32,412 nt of DNA from Nemertoderma westbladi (Eukaryota; Animalia; Xenacoelomorpha), in contig JAUCBJ010005879.1 in the NCBI GenBank assembly GCA_032718475.1, positions 1 to 32,412 of the forward strand, given 5' to 3'. Below, piece after piece: positions 1 to 10,207 of this stretch. The translations under genes and the position numbers were made by a program. The notes below the pieces were generated by a model, which was not told the origin of the DNA, searched no databases, and saw only the letters and a list, made by a program, of their open reading frames with translations. Numbering within the stretch: position 1 is the stretch's first letter; every line of letters begins with the position of its first letter.

Positions 1-674
1 TATAAATAATAAAAACCTCTATGAAACAATAAAATGCTGCAGTAATAAATATTTGTTACTACTTTATTGTTTCAGAGGTTTTTATTAATATTAATTTTAC
101 CCTTTAGAGTCGCCATAGCGGGCTATTATGCAAGCAATCAGCTATTATGTGCTTCGATTTTCCCTTGGAGATGGTTGAATTTTGTTTTGTTGATTGCGTC
201 TAGAACCCCCCCCCCCCCACATCTCTATTTTCGAGTTAGTACGGCTTTTGTTGAGTGGTGAATTTGGTGAGCACCAAAATTTACATTTACGCCTAAAAAT
301 AAGAGTTACAATGATCTGGAGCATTATAAAATTTATTCCATTAGAATCAGCACTCCTTGACATTTTTTGGGTCTGATTCAGACAAGTAAATGATAAGGGA
401 AGGGTAATATGGGTCAATGCCAACCATATTGACCAATGTCTCGGAAGTTATTTTTGAAATTATCAAAGCCAACCAACCATTCATTCTCGAATGATTTACA
501 TTTTTGTATATTTTGTGTCTCGTACGTGACTTGGTCAATGGTCAATACGGTTGGCATTTAACATATACAACATTTACATCCATAATAATAAATAACCTGG
601 TATATACTGTACAGTAGTTACGAGGGAGGTTTTTATTAAACGTAATACATTCAAAACGTGACGCTACTGTTAGA

Positions 675-1453
675 ATAGTAGTTAAGTCATATCTGAACCA
701 ATATGAACCCAATCTGAACCCAATCTGACCGAATCTATATACCAAATCTGAATCTAAAATAGAAAGAGGGGCGAAAATTATTAATTTTTGCATTCACAAT
801 TTTGAAATTTGAAGAAATTTTACATATTTATTTTCATATTTAAATTTGCCGGCAGCCGCGCTACTACTGATGTGTTGGGGAGTGACAACATACCTCAGTC
901 AGTCTGTACATAGGCTACCTACATTACAGTTCTTACACCTCAAGGCCTACTACAGTTACTGCTGTACTGTGTGTATTCAGTCGTTAGCGTTATACTATAC
1001 AGTAGCTACAGTACCTGGCTAGGGGTAGGCAGCATGGTAGCGAAACTGAACTTCAACGAGTCCCGTAAATCTGTAGTTTGTCAGTTGGGCTACCGCCTAC
1101 CGGTACAAGGTAGCTATGTGCTATAACGCCAACGACTGCATAGGCCTCCATACATTACAGCCTCAGTAAATGTAGTAGGCCTGCCTGGAGCTGTAAGAAT
1201 TGTAATGTAGGTAGCCTATGTGCAGATGTATGATGTCAGCAGTAGTACTGCAGCTGCAGTACAAATACAAATGCCGCAATACAAAATTTAAATATGAAAA
1301 AAGATATGTAAAATTTCTTCAAATTTCAAAATTGTTAATGCAAAAATTAATAATTTTCACCCTTCTTTCTATTTTCGATTCAGATTGGGTTCAGATTTGG
1401 TATAATTCTTGAGATTGGGTCCAGATTGGGTTCAGATATGGTTTAAGTACTAT
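675..1453. mobile_element. Foldback / MITE-like non-autonomous element (~780 bp, almost wholly an imperfect inverted repeat)
   Basis: 675-848 is the reverse complement of ~1284-1453 (ATAGTAGTTAAGTCATATCTGAACC... / ...GGTTCAGATATGGTTTAAGTACTAT). Arms continue inward, e.g. CATAGGCTACCTACATTACA ~909 vs TGTAATGTAGGTAGCCTATG ~1201 and CAGTCGTTAGCGTTATA ~978 vs TATAACGCCAACGACTG ~1122. The unpaired centre is ~1045-1088. Confidence 0.75.
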
Positions 1454-1458
1454 CCCTA

Positions 1459-2400
1459 CTACAAAATAGTTACAAAATATGCATTATCATATGTATTCAA
1501 CATCACGGGCACTGCAATGTACCATTTAAAACTTAGCAAATGCCCAGAGTAAGGACAACCCTTACTATAGTAACCCTCTCCATATATGTTTGGTTCAAAC
1601 AAGGAACAATATATGTCAGAAATAAAATTTAGTTTTGATCCAATGATTATAGAATTATGTTCTAAAAAACTGGAAACCAAAATAATAACGTTACCAATTA
1701 AGATGAAATCGCCCTTATACAGTGGACTGTCTAGTTCTTCTACAGCACCAACCACTAATCCATTGGATTTCGATTTCGCCTCTTGCACTATTATTCTTGC
1801 ATCCCGAGAGTTATTTGAACGCTTAAGCTTGTTCATGAAGGACTCAAATTTGAATGCAGCCCAATCAATACAACTATATCGTTTGCAAAAGGGTGGAATA
1901 TGTGTTAATAATTGCATGATAAATGTCAGGGCGTGTTTGGTGTACATTTCGCTCAACTGCCAGTGAAAGTTGCTAATGGGCATATTGTAGATATATGTCA
2001 TCCTCACAGTGCTGTTGTGAAGCAAGAATCTGAACTGCAACATGTAAACTCATAAGATGCTCGAAGTATCGCTTTGGTACGTAATATGTCTTTCATCAAT
2101 GGAGATGTATATAAAATGAAGTTCCTGAACTCGGTGGCTTTGTAGTAATCAATGGAATCAAAGCCCCTTAGTTTTCTGTTAAATAAAAAAAGTTCAGGCT
2201 TAGCCTTCCTAGTTTGTAAGGATGCCATTAGCTATCTTCTTCAAACTCGGCGACAAACAACACGATAATGGAGTATTCCGCAATGATGATTTATTACACC
2301 AATATCGAATGAGTTGCTTTACACACCCCAAACAAATGCAATGCATATAGTCAGGGGGGATACCAGTCGATATGGGCAATATTGTTGCACAACTACAATA
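1459..2400 (-). pseudogene. CMC/EnSpm(CACTA)-type transposase, C-terminal part, frameshifted
   Basis: Three consecutive minus-strand ORFs carry family motifs in the expected order: PPDYMHCICLGCVKQL (2209-2421), FNRKLRGFDSIDYYKATEFRNFILYT (2004-2228), then LLTHIP...AAFKFESFMNKLKR (1459-2043). These match the DYMHxxCLG / KATEFR / FxFE signatures of animal EnSpm-like transposases. Confidence 0.8.
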
Positions 2401-2438
2401 CCAATTATTCGCTGTTACCAATTATACTAATTATTATG

Positions 2439-2550
2439 TAACTTTTTGTTGGGCACAGCTTTTGCAAAGTCGGCAATGACGTCCAGGTGGGATCGAACTG
2501 GTGACCTCCAAGTTGGAAGTCTGACGCTCTAACCATTCAGCTAGCGGCTC
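2439..2550 (-). mobile_element. tRNA-derived (SINE-head-like) sequence with Pol III A and B boxes
   Basis: Minus strand reads GAGCCGC-TAGCTGAATGG(A box)-TTAGAGCGTCAGACTTCCAACTTGGAGGTCACCA-GTTCGATCC(B box)-CACCTGGACGTC. The acceptor and T stems do not pair well, so it is not a functional tRNA. Confidence 0.6.
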
Positions 2551-2734
2551 AGGTAAAAGATAGACCAGGAAATACTATCTGATACCTTGTATGTCCGCAA
2601 TTTACATCCTGATGGCCTCACAACTGTCAATATGTTGCCACTGCGCTCAACCCTATCGTACCAGTATCTCACTAGTTCGATCCCACCTGGACGTCATTGC
2701 CGACTTTGCAAAAGCTGTGCCCAACAAAAAGTTA
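2439..2734. repeat. 66-bp inverted repeat (2439-2504 / 2669-2734), one mismatch, ~164-bp spacer
   Basis: TCAC[C/T]AGTTCGATCCCACCTGGACGTCATTGCCGACTTTGCAAAAGCTGTGCCCAACAAAAAGTTA occurs on both strands. Confidence 0.9.
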
Positions 2735-2783
2735 TAATAATATGAAACCACTTATTCACCACTTAATATGAAAACACTTATTC

Positions 2784-3337
2784 ACTACAATACCAATTAT
2801 TATGTGTAGCAGAACTACATTACCAATTATTATGTGTAGCAGAACTACAATACCAATTATTATGTGTAGCAGAACTACAATACCAATTATTATGTGTAGC
2901 AGAACTACAATACCAATTATTATGTGTAGCAGAACTACAATACCAATTATTATGTGTAGCAGAACTACAATACCAATTATTATGTGTAGCAGAACTACAA
3001 TACCAATTATTATGTGTAGCAGAACTACATTACCAATTATTATGTGTAGCAGAACTACAATACCAATTATTATGTGTAGCAGAACTACAATACCAATTAT
3101 TATGTGTAGCAGAACTACAATACCAATTATTATGTGTAGCAGAACTACAATACCAATTATTATGTGTAGCAGAACTACAATACCAATTATTATGTGTAGC
3201 AGAACTACATTACCAATTATTATGTGTAGCAGAACTACAATACCAATTATTATGTGTAGCAGAACTACAATACCAATTATTATGTGTAGCAGAACTACAA
3301 TACCAATTATTATTATGTGTAGCAGAACTACAATACC
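2784..3337. repeat. 30-bp minisatellite, ~18 units (TACCAATTATTATGTGTAGCAGAACTACAA)
   Basis: Directly visible. A>T variant units end at 2820, 3030 and 3210; the last unit has a 3-bp TAT expansion. Confidence 0.98.
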
Positions 3338-3341
3338 GTAT

Positions 3342-3476
3342 ATTATTACCCTGTTATTTTGTTATTTTTCCGGATATTTTAACCCGAGGAACAGGAACTA
3401 GCCGAGGCGCAGCCGAGGCTTTCCTGTTCCGAGGGTTAAAATATCCGGAAAAATAACAAAATAACAGGGTAATAAT
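3342..3476. repeat. 135-bp hairpin palindrome, probable terminal structure of the adjacent Crypton-like element
   Basis: Perfect 44-bp arms (3342-3385 / 3433-3476), a GA/GA mismatch, a 10-bp stem GGAACAGGAA/TTCCTGTTCC, and core AGCC-GA-GGC-GCA-GCC-GA-GGCT. The link to the Crypton is inferred from proximity. Confidence 0.8.
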
Positions 3477-4690
3477 CAAGTTGTTACTCACTAATCCCGG
3501 AAAAATAACATCATTACATGTCGTTATTATACATTATATATATTTACTTCATTGAATTCCGTTTCTAACTTCAAGAAGCTAAATGTTTCTAAAAGGGTTC
3601 TGTTTTGGGGAGAGGAAGAAAAAAGGGGCGTGGAAGTTTTGGGGGTTAAAAATATAAATAAATATTAATATTTATTCTTATGGTCCTTCTTAGGTCTAGA
3701 CTTGTTTATTAGAATGACCCCCAGAGTTGGTTAAAGTTACTATATTATAATAAACAATATGGCTAAACCTCAATAGCACGAACTTTTATTCGAAATGTTA
3801 CATAACTCCGTATTTAGAACGTGATGTAGAAATGATGAGACAGATGAAATTGTTTAGTAAGATAATTCGGTTAGTCCAATAGGTACCGGTCATTCATCTA
3901 AAGTTCCTCTTTGATTATAATTGCTTCTATAAGTAATTATCAATTCACGTTTATAATTATAAAGCATAAGAGAATAAGTGCGCACATGTTAGTTAATAGT
4001 TGCCACGTGTTACTATGACGTTGCCAAGGGACAATTTTCGCGTGGGCAGATTGTTAAAAAACAACCTGGGTTTTTTAAATTACCACGAAAAAATCAAACC
4101 CAGCGATATGGGAACCTGATTTAATATTATAGTTTGGGAAACAGGATGAAAGGGTAATTCAATTTTTTCAATATATTCTGTCTGGTTGATAGTCGATCTT
4201 GTTGACTTTTTTGAGTTTTAATATTTATTAGGCCTATCTATTTTCGTCGTTAGATAACGATTTAATTTTCGAATAACTCGTAGCCCAAGGCGTAATCGTA
4301 ATCCAGCACTTCATAAGATTACAAGGCTTGTAGTAGTTATTAGTATAATATTTGTATCAATTGAAAATATTTGCTTGTTACATGGGTATTTAATTTGCAT
4401 GTTTCAAGTTAGTTCAAGAGAAATCAAAGACAGATTAATTATAATAACAAAAACCGTAACTGTAACTGTAAACCAAAACACAAATGTTAAAGAAAACAGT
4501 AGTTAAGTAGAAAAATATTAAATCGTTAAATCGATGAAAGACTAAAAATAAAAAATATACACTTTCACAAATTAAAAAGTATTTAAGATTACAACAAAAA
4601 TTTATATAGAAAAAAAGACATTGATAACTTTATTTTCTCTCTTAATTTCTTATCTTATTAAATTAGTTTGGTGAACTGGAACTTAGATGT

Positions 4691-6109
4691 TTAAGACTTA
4701 TTATTGAAAATAATATTGACAGGCGCGTGAAACTGTGCCCCCTGCAACAAGCTACTCATGAATTCAGACTTTGTTGACGGAATCTCGATATTCGTTTCTT
4801 GACGAACTGTATCGACTACTTCGTGACTCTCATTTCCTCCGCTACTCTTCGAAACTTCTCGCCCTGATACACATTGACTCAATATCGTACTCAAGGATCG
4901 CTGAGTAGTAGTCGATGGTCGGATGTAAGACGTTGTTGTTCCCAGATTCGCATGTCCCAACTGTATTTGGGCAAAATTGGATGGCTGTCCAGAATCAACT
5001 ATAGCCTGCGCCGCCGTCTTCCGATAACTCATCAGTGTAATCTTTCGATTATCTGTTGTCAATCCTGCACGGCCGAACAGATCCCTTAATATAGTGGGGA
5101 AGGTGTGTTTTCCAACCGGTTGCATGGTGTACCAACTATCATCACGATTGGCCGGTACGGTTGGTTTGGGACGAACCCAAAATGGTGCTTCCTTGTCCAT
5201 CTTCCCATCTGGAAATCTATGTTTAATGTAACACTCGAATAGAGTCACAGGACAACAAGTGCAATCTTCGGGAAACTCGAAAGCTTTCACAGGGAATTTT
5301 CTAGGAGCAGTAATACCCTTTCGAGCCTTCGTTATCCGCTCTTTCAACTGAAGATAGAACTTATCTTCTTGGATGCAATAATGTTTCGTAATGTCTTTGA
5401 CACGCATTTGGCGCATTTCTACGCCAGGTCTTGTCCCAAACTGAGTAGTAAGAACTAGATACAGTGTATCACGCAGCTGATTTGGATTTGAAAATCCAAG
5501 TAATCCTTTGTCCTTCAATAATCTGAAATCCGACGCCTCTAATGGGTCACTCGAGTTAGCAAGGTTTCCTTTGCCCGATGCTTTTATTTGGGATAGACGG
5601 GCCCGGAGAATTTCTTTGGAACGGCTAAATTCTGGTAATTTAAGGACATCGCCATGCCCCAAGTCTTTAAAATGACGCAGCAAACCATAGAAGTAACTTC
5701 GTAGAGAAGTTGTCTCTAACTTTTCTCCATTTTTCTTCTTGTATTTACGAATAAACCCATGAAAATTTATAGCCAGCACTTGAACAGATTGTTTATCTAT
5801 ATCTTCTGAGCATTTAACCAGATGAAGATAATTCTGAAAGGCAGAAACTGATTGCCGAGTTGACTCAGTTGTGTTATGATTATGCGTTTCCATTAGATAC
5901 TGGTCATCATCATCATTGTTTTGAGATAGGCGATTGCAAAAACGATCATCAGATGAATTGTGCGGACCACTGACAAGGGGATATGTTTGAGTTTGACTCG
6001 CATCTTGATCTTCGACATCCGCTGAAAACATTGCTTCCAAATCACCCAAATCTGGACACTCGAAGCCTAGGCCTATTAAATCACTAGGCCTAAGCGATTG
6101 CGATTCCAT
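4691..6109 (-). CDS. Crypton-type tyrosine recombinase (DUF3504 / KCTD1-ZMYM-QRICH1-related), 472 aa, uninterrupted ORF
   Basis: Motifs TTSLRSYFYGLLRHFK, NPNQLRDTLYLVLTTQFGTRPGVEMRQM (catalytic R, codon 5429-5431), ERITKARKG (K), CPVTLFECYIKHR, WYTMQPVGKHT, ITLMSYRKT (HxxR position), QLGHANLGTTTSY (H 4952-4954, nucleophile Y 4925-4927). Confidence 0.88.
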   Translation of the reverse strand: MESQSLRPSDLIGLGFECPDLGDLEAMFSADVEDQDASQTQTYPLVSGPHNSSDDRFCNRLSQNNDDDDQYLMETHNHNTTESTRQSVSAFQNYLHLVKCSEDIDKQSVQVLAINFHGFIRKYKKKNGEKLETTSLRSYFYGLLRHFKDLGHGDVLKLPEFSRSKEILRARLSQIKASGKGNLANSSDPLEASDFRLLKDKGLLGFSNPNQLRDTLYLVLTTQFGTRPGVEMRQMRVKDITKHYCIQEDKFYLQLKERITKARKGITAPRKFPVKAFEFPEDCTCCPVTLFECYIKHRFPDGKMDKEAPFWVRPKPTVPANRDDSWYTMQPVGKHTFPTILRDLFGRAGLTTDNRKITLMSYRKTAAQAIVDSGQPSNFAQIQLGHANLGTTTSYIRPSTTTQRSLSTILSQCVSGREVSKSSGGNESHEVVDTVRQETNIEIPSTKSEFMSSLLQGAQFHAPVNIIFNNKS

Positions 6110-6883
6110 CGATTTAACAAGAATTAGACAAAAGAAGTACCGGTACAGGTGGGCTTACTTCTTTCCTGTAGCCTATTCACTTCGAATCTAACTCTTAACT
6201 CTTGGTACCGTACTAACCCAGTAACCAGAGTAGCCTATCAACTCAACACTGCAACAGCACAACAGGTACCGACCGGTAGGCCTAAAGGCTAGCTTATTTA
6301 TAGAAGTACAGTCAGTACACAGTAGATATGAAGTAGGCTATATATAGCAGTATGCAGTACAGCAGTAGACTGGTAGAAGCATGGCTGCCTGTAAGTGATG
6401 AAGTGTGCAGAGTGCCAGTAGTGTGCAGAAGTGTGTACAGGTGTAATGTAGCCTATTGTGCATAGCATAGTGTTGTAGTGCAGTGTAGGGTTGAATATTC
6501 GGGAGGGGGTCTGAATTTTGACTGTCTAGTTTGTTAACGTAATTGTTGGTTGCTATCGCTTTCGTCCTTCTGGGCTCCTCCCGGAGGCGCACACACGAGG
6601 TGGACGTGTTCCCACCACCCTTGGGGCCAGTCCAACTGATGTTTCTTATCAGACCATGCCGGAGGGTGGTCCGATGCTTCCCGGGTTCAATTTTCAATCC
6701 CCCGATCGCACCGGCACAGCTCGTCGCATGTGTAGCCAGATGGTCGGCTACTGTCAACTTACTGTGGCCTGACTGTACATTGAGCCAACTCAGAGAGTCA
6801 ACCGGCAGGTGGACCAGTAGTTAACGACAAGGTGGTCAACATTCGAAGACATTGAAAACAAGATATGTAGTCATGCTGAATGC

Positions 6884-8079
6884 ATGAAGATTGATATTCT
6901 TAAGGATTTTGATGATCTATTTATCGCTGTTGTCGACCTAGAACGCAGGTTTAAAATCCTTACAGTTGAATATGAAGAAATGAAAAATGCTGCAGTGGCG
7001 AGGGATAATATACCTCAACTACAGGTAGCACAACCTGCAATTACGGCTGAACGCCCAAAATTAAGGAATAGAGAAGATGAAAGCTAGAGCACGAGAACTT
7101 TTCTATTGGCCTGGACTTGGAGATGACGTTGAACGAGTGGTGAATGAGTGTCATGCATGTCAAAGATCTAGACCAGCACTTCCGGCTGAACCACTCACTC
7201 CCTATCCTTGTGCAACAAGGCCAATGGAGGTATTGTGCACGGACTTTGCAAAGTATGGGGGCCAAGAATTTCTCATAATTGTTGATGAGTTAACAGGATT
7301 CTTGTGGATTCGCCTTTGCGATGAGTCAACATCATCATCATATATAAAAAAAACTACTTCGCGCATTATTCATGGAGTATGGAGTACCTCAAGTAATCAG
7401 ATCTGATGGTCAAACTTGTTTTTCATCAGAAGAAATGATGATTTGGTTCAAAACTTGGTCAATCCATTGGTGCCCTAGTTCGCCAAAATTTCCCCAAAGC
7501 AATGGATCTGCAGAAGCAGCAGTGAAAAAGGTCAAGTTATTGTTAGAACGAGTTGATGGCGACTTTCATTCAGATGAATTCGCTCAAGGGTTTATGGAAT
7601 TAGCTGCATCTCAACATTCTTCAACCGGTGTAGCTCCAGCTACTTTAATGTTTGGTCGTCGAATAAACACCTGTTTACCTGCAATAGCAGAATCTTTTAC
7701 TCCAATTTCTTCTGACCAATGGATAGCTGTTGAGAAACGAAGGAAGAATAACAAGATTAAACAGAAATGTGATTTTGATAAAAATAATAATGTAGTTCCT
7801 GCCATAGAAATCACACCACAACAATCCGTTTTAATTTTAGATCCTACTTCAAACAGATAGGATACGCCTGCAATGGTTGTGTGGAACTGTGGAAATCGTC
7901 AATATAGATTACTAGTTCCATCTGGAAAGTTGTTGTATCGCAACCGCCGACATATTCGACCTATACACCCCGAGGCATTAGGTCCAAAGGCGAACATATT
8001 GATGGACAAATATAAAAATATGTCAAACGCAGACATCAGGAATAGTGATCGACTGAAGGACTGTGCTTATGAAAATTGA
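6884..8079 (+). pseudogene. Ty3/Gypsy (Mag-like) integrase remnant, fused to a short putative gag N-terminus
   Basis: From 7065: GIEKMKARARELFYWPG...CHAC (zinc finger end), LCTDF (D1), IIVDELTGF, a frameshift in an A-run ~7346-7353, YGVPQVIRSDGQTCF (D2), SSPKFPQSNGSAEAAVKKVK (E), APATLMFGR and YRNRRHIRP. Confidence 0.85.
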
Positions 8080-8169
8080 AATCATAATGGAACACAAACT
8101 ATAATAATACACTAGACTATTATAGTAAACTATAATAATTAATGTATAATCTGGTCATCACATTAATTT

Positions 8170-8366
8170 GAAAAAAAAGGAATTGTAGTAGATTTATGGA
8201 TTAATGAGGTGGAGGGAAATTTGAATATGTAATACTTTAGGTATTCTAACTATGTACTGCTGTATTAATAACGATTTGTGACTGTACTACCACTTGGCCT
8301 AGTAGCCTAATGATAATTATATACGCACTAATATAAACTGTCAATCTTTGATATTGCAGTATTGCA
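8170..8366 (+). repeat. Gypsy polypurine tract and probable 3' LTR start
   Basis: GAAAAAAAAGGAA (8170-8182) is followed by TGTAGTAG at 8184, downstream of the integrase. The LTR right end and a partner LTR were not identified. Confidence 0.45.
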
Positions 8367-9031
8367 AATATGTTACTAGCGACGACTGAACCAACTGGCA
8401 AGGGTTCCCAAACTCACTTGCAGTGGCCATACATACACTCACGTGTACCACGCACCAACAGCGACAGAAAGCTCATTGACCCAAACAGGTCCCAAAGACC
8501 AATCAGCTGAACATGGAGACAATAACATATAGTATCAAAAAAAAGGAACAGCTGATGGACAATGGAATACATCCAAGCCCCAAAGCCAACTGCCACTGAT
8601 CGCCCACACACAGAACACAGATCACACCACATGAAACCACAGATCACGCAAAGCCACCACCCCTACTGTGTACAGGACTAGCAGTACGGCAAAAGGCCGA
8701 CTAGACGGTTCCACGGCACCATGTTAATTCATGGTTCGCTAGACATGACCAACAATAGCAACAATAGCAACTAACAATTACTTTAACAAACTAGACAGTC
8801 AAAATTCAGACCCCCTCCCAAATATTCAACCCAGGGCTGAAGCGGTCTCAGACAACCCCAAAAAAACCACAGGTCAGTCAGACTTATCCAACCTGGATAT
8901 TGGTCAATCCCCACTAATAGCCCGAGCCAATTAACCATTATAGCTCGTGGGACAAGATATGTAGGGCTATAACTATACTGAAACAACTTTTCCACTATAG
9001 GTACAGTACTAATAGCGTACCTATAGTAGGC

Positions 9032-9498
9032 CTAACACCCAATGAAGTGGATAAATCTAACCTACAATTATTGAGAATTTCACAAAGACTTATAAGAAAT
9101 ATAATCAGCTCAGCGTCAACCCCTTACTCCATTGGCGGATAAATTATCAAGAATTATGATCAATGGATTAATTTGTGTTGGAGGCCGCCTCACTAACACT
9201 CCTATCTCCAGGGATACTATGTTCCCCATATTAATATTCAATCCCGAGATTCAAACCAAATTGATACAGGACGATCATTATCGACTCTATCACACCGGGA
9301 GAGAACACATATTAAGCGAGATCAGAATGCATTATTATCTAGTTCACCCTCGCGCGGCTCTCAACCAGATACTACGAAACTGTATACCTTACAAAAGGAT
9401 TTATAGCAAGCCGATGACGCAATTGGAAGCAGCGCTCCCGATGGAAAGAATTGATTGTTATCAACCCCCATTCAAACACACCAGCGTAGATCTCTTCG
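9032..9498 (+). pseudogene. pol: BEL/Pao element B: pol fragment (integrase zinc-finger region up to first catalytic Asp), 5'-truncated
   Basis: NGLICVGGRL...FPILI...HYRLYHTGREH...CIPY...LPMERI...PPFKHTSVDLF. The reading frame continues at 23314 (GPFEVKR...) once element A and one TSD copy are removed. Confidence 0.88.
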
Positions 9499-10151
9499 TG
9501 TAAGCGGATTCAATTCCATTTCATTTCATTACCCACCAGAAAATGGGATAGTGGCATTTTAGCAATATGTTGGAGATACGAGATTACCAATATTAATCTC
9601 GTATCATAACCAACATTTGGGGGGGGGGGGGGGGGGGGCAACACAAGCCCCGAAGCCACATAGAAAGGAAGGTTAAGAGGTCAAACCACCTCGGAGGGAA
9701 CACAGCTAGTAGAGGCTAGCAGCAGAGGGGAAACACTCCCAGAGAGTGCCAGGGTGACAAGTAGCATATTAGCCAATAGAGGGAAGGGAAGCATGTGATA
9801 GGGAGCAGGAAAGCATCCATTGGTTAGGAGGCCAAAGTAGAGTAGGAGGTGAAGCAATATTAGTGTATCAATCATATATTATGTCAGATTCTTGGATTGA
9901 TACATCAGTTGGTTATTCAGTTTAGTGCAGACCGGTAACAATTATTCACCATCATCGGCACTATCATACCGGTATCTATTATATCTGTATTTATGCCATA
10001 TTAATTGTGCTATCATTTTATAACATCAAGAAACAACATCAAACTCTTATCATTTTTCTCCAACGGCCTCAGCCAAGCTGTTAGCACCATCCCAGAGCAG
10101 AATGGTGACGTGTATAACAATTACCCAGTCGGGATCTCTGATCCCGTCACA
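9499..10151 (+). repeat. 5' LTR of element A (653 bp)
   Basis: TGTAAGC...CCCGTCACA; aligns with 22279-22915. Inr-like TCAGTT motifs occur at 9905 and 9917. Confidence 0.93.
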
Positions 10152-10207
10152 GTGAATAATTTATCAACTGCTACGACTGTGACTGCCAGAGACAGTAAAA
10201 AGAAAAG

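Larger units (their letters stand above)
6488..8832. mobile_element. Non-autonomous TIR DNA element (69-bp TIRs) enclosing a Gypsy remnant
   Basis: 6488-6556 (GGGTTGAATATTCGGGAGGGGGTCTGAATTTTGACTGTCTAGTTTGTTAACGTAATTGTTGGTTGCTAT) is the reverse complement of 8764-8832 with 3 mismatches. No TSD was recognised. Confidence 0.7.

Noticed and set aside
1-540. Short ORFs as a second CMC gene or host exons
   Set aside because: No recognisable motifs, multiple stops, and a C-run in the middle.
1586-1966. Antisense and overlapping ORFs (also 4874, 10229, 10272, 11919, 18278, 19061, 20210, 20538)
   Set aside because: These are shadow frames of TE genes or of low-complexity repeats.
2479-2550. Functional tRNA gene (also 31627-31700)
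   Set aside because: A and B boxes are present, but the acceptor, anticodon and T stems fail to pair.
2784-3401. 30-bp array as a CRISPR array, or the 199-aa ORF (MCSRTTIPII)n as a gene
   Set aside because: There are no unique spacers or cas genes. The ORF is just a stop-free frame of a 30-bp tandem repeat.
6481-8839. hAT assignment for the 69-bp TIR element (CAG...CTG extension)
   Set aside because: No 8-bp TSD in the flanks, so the superfamily is left unassigned.
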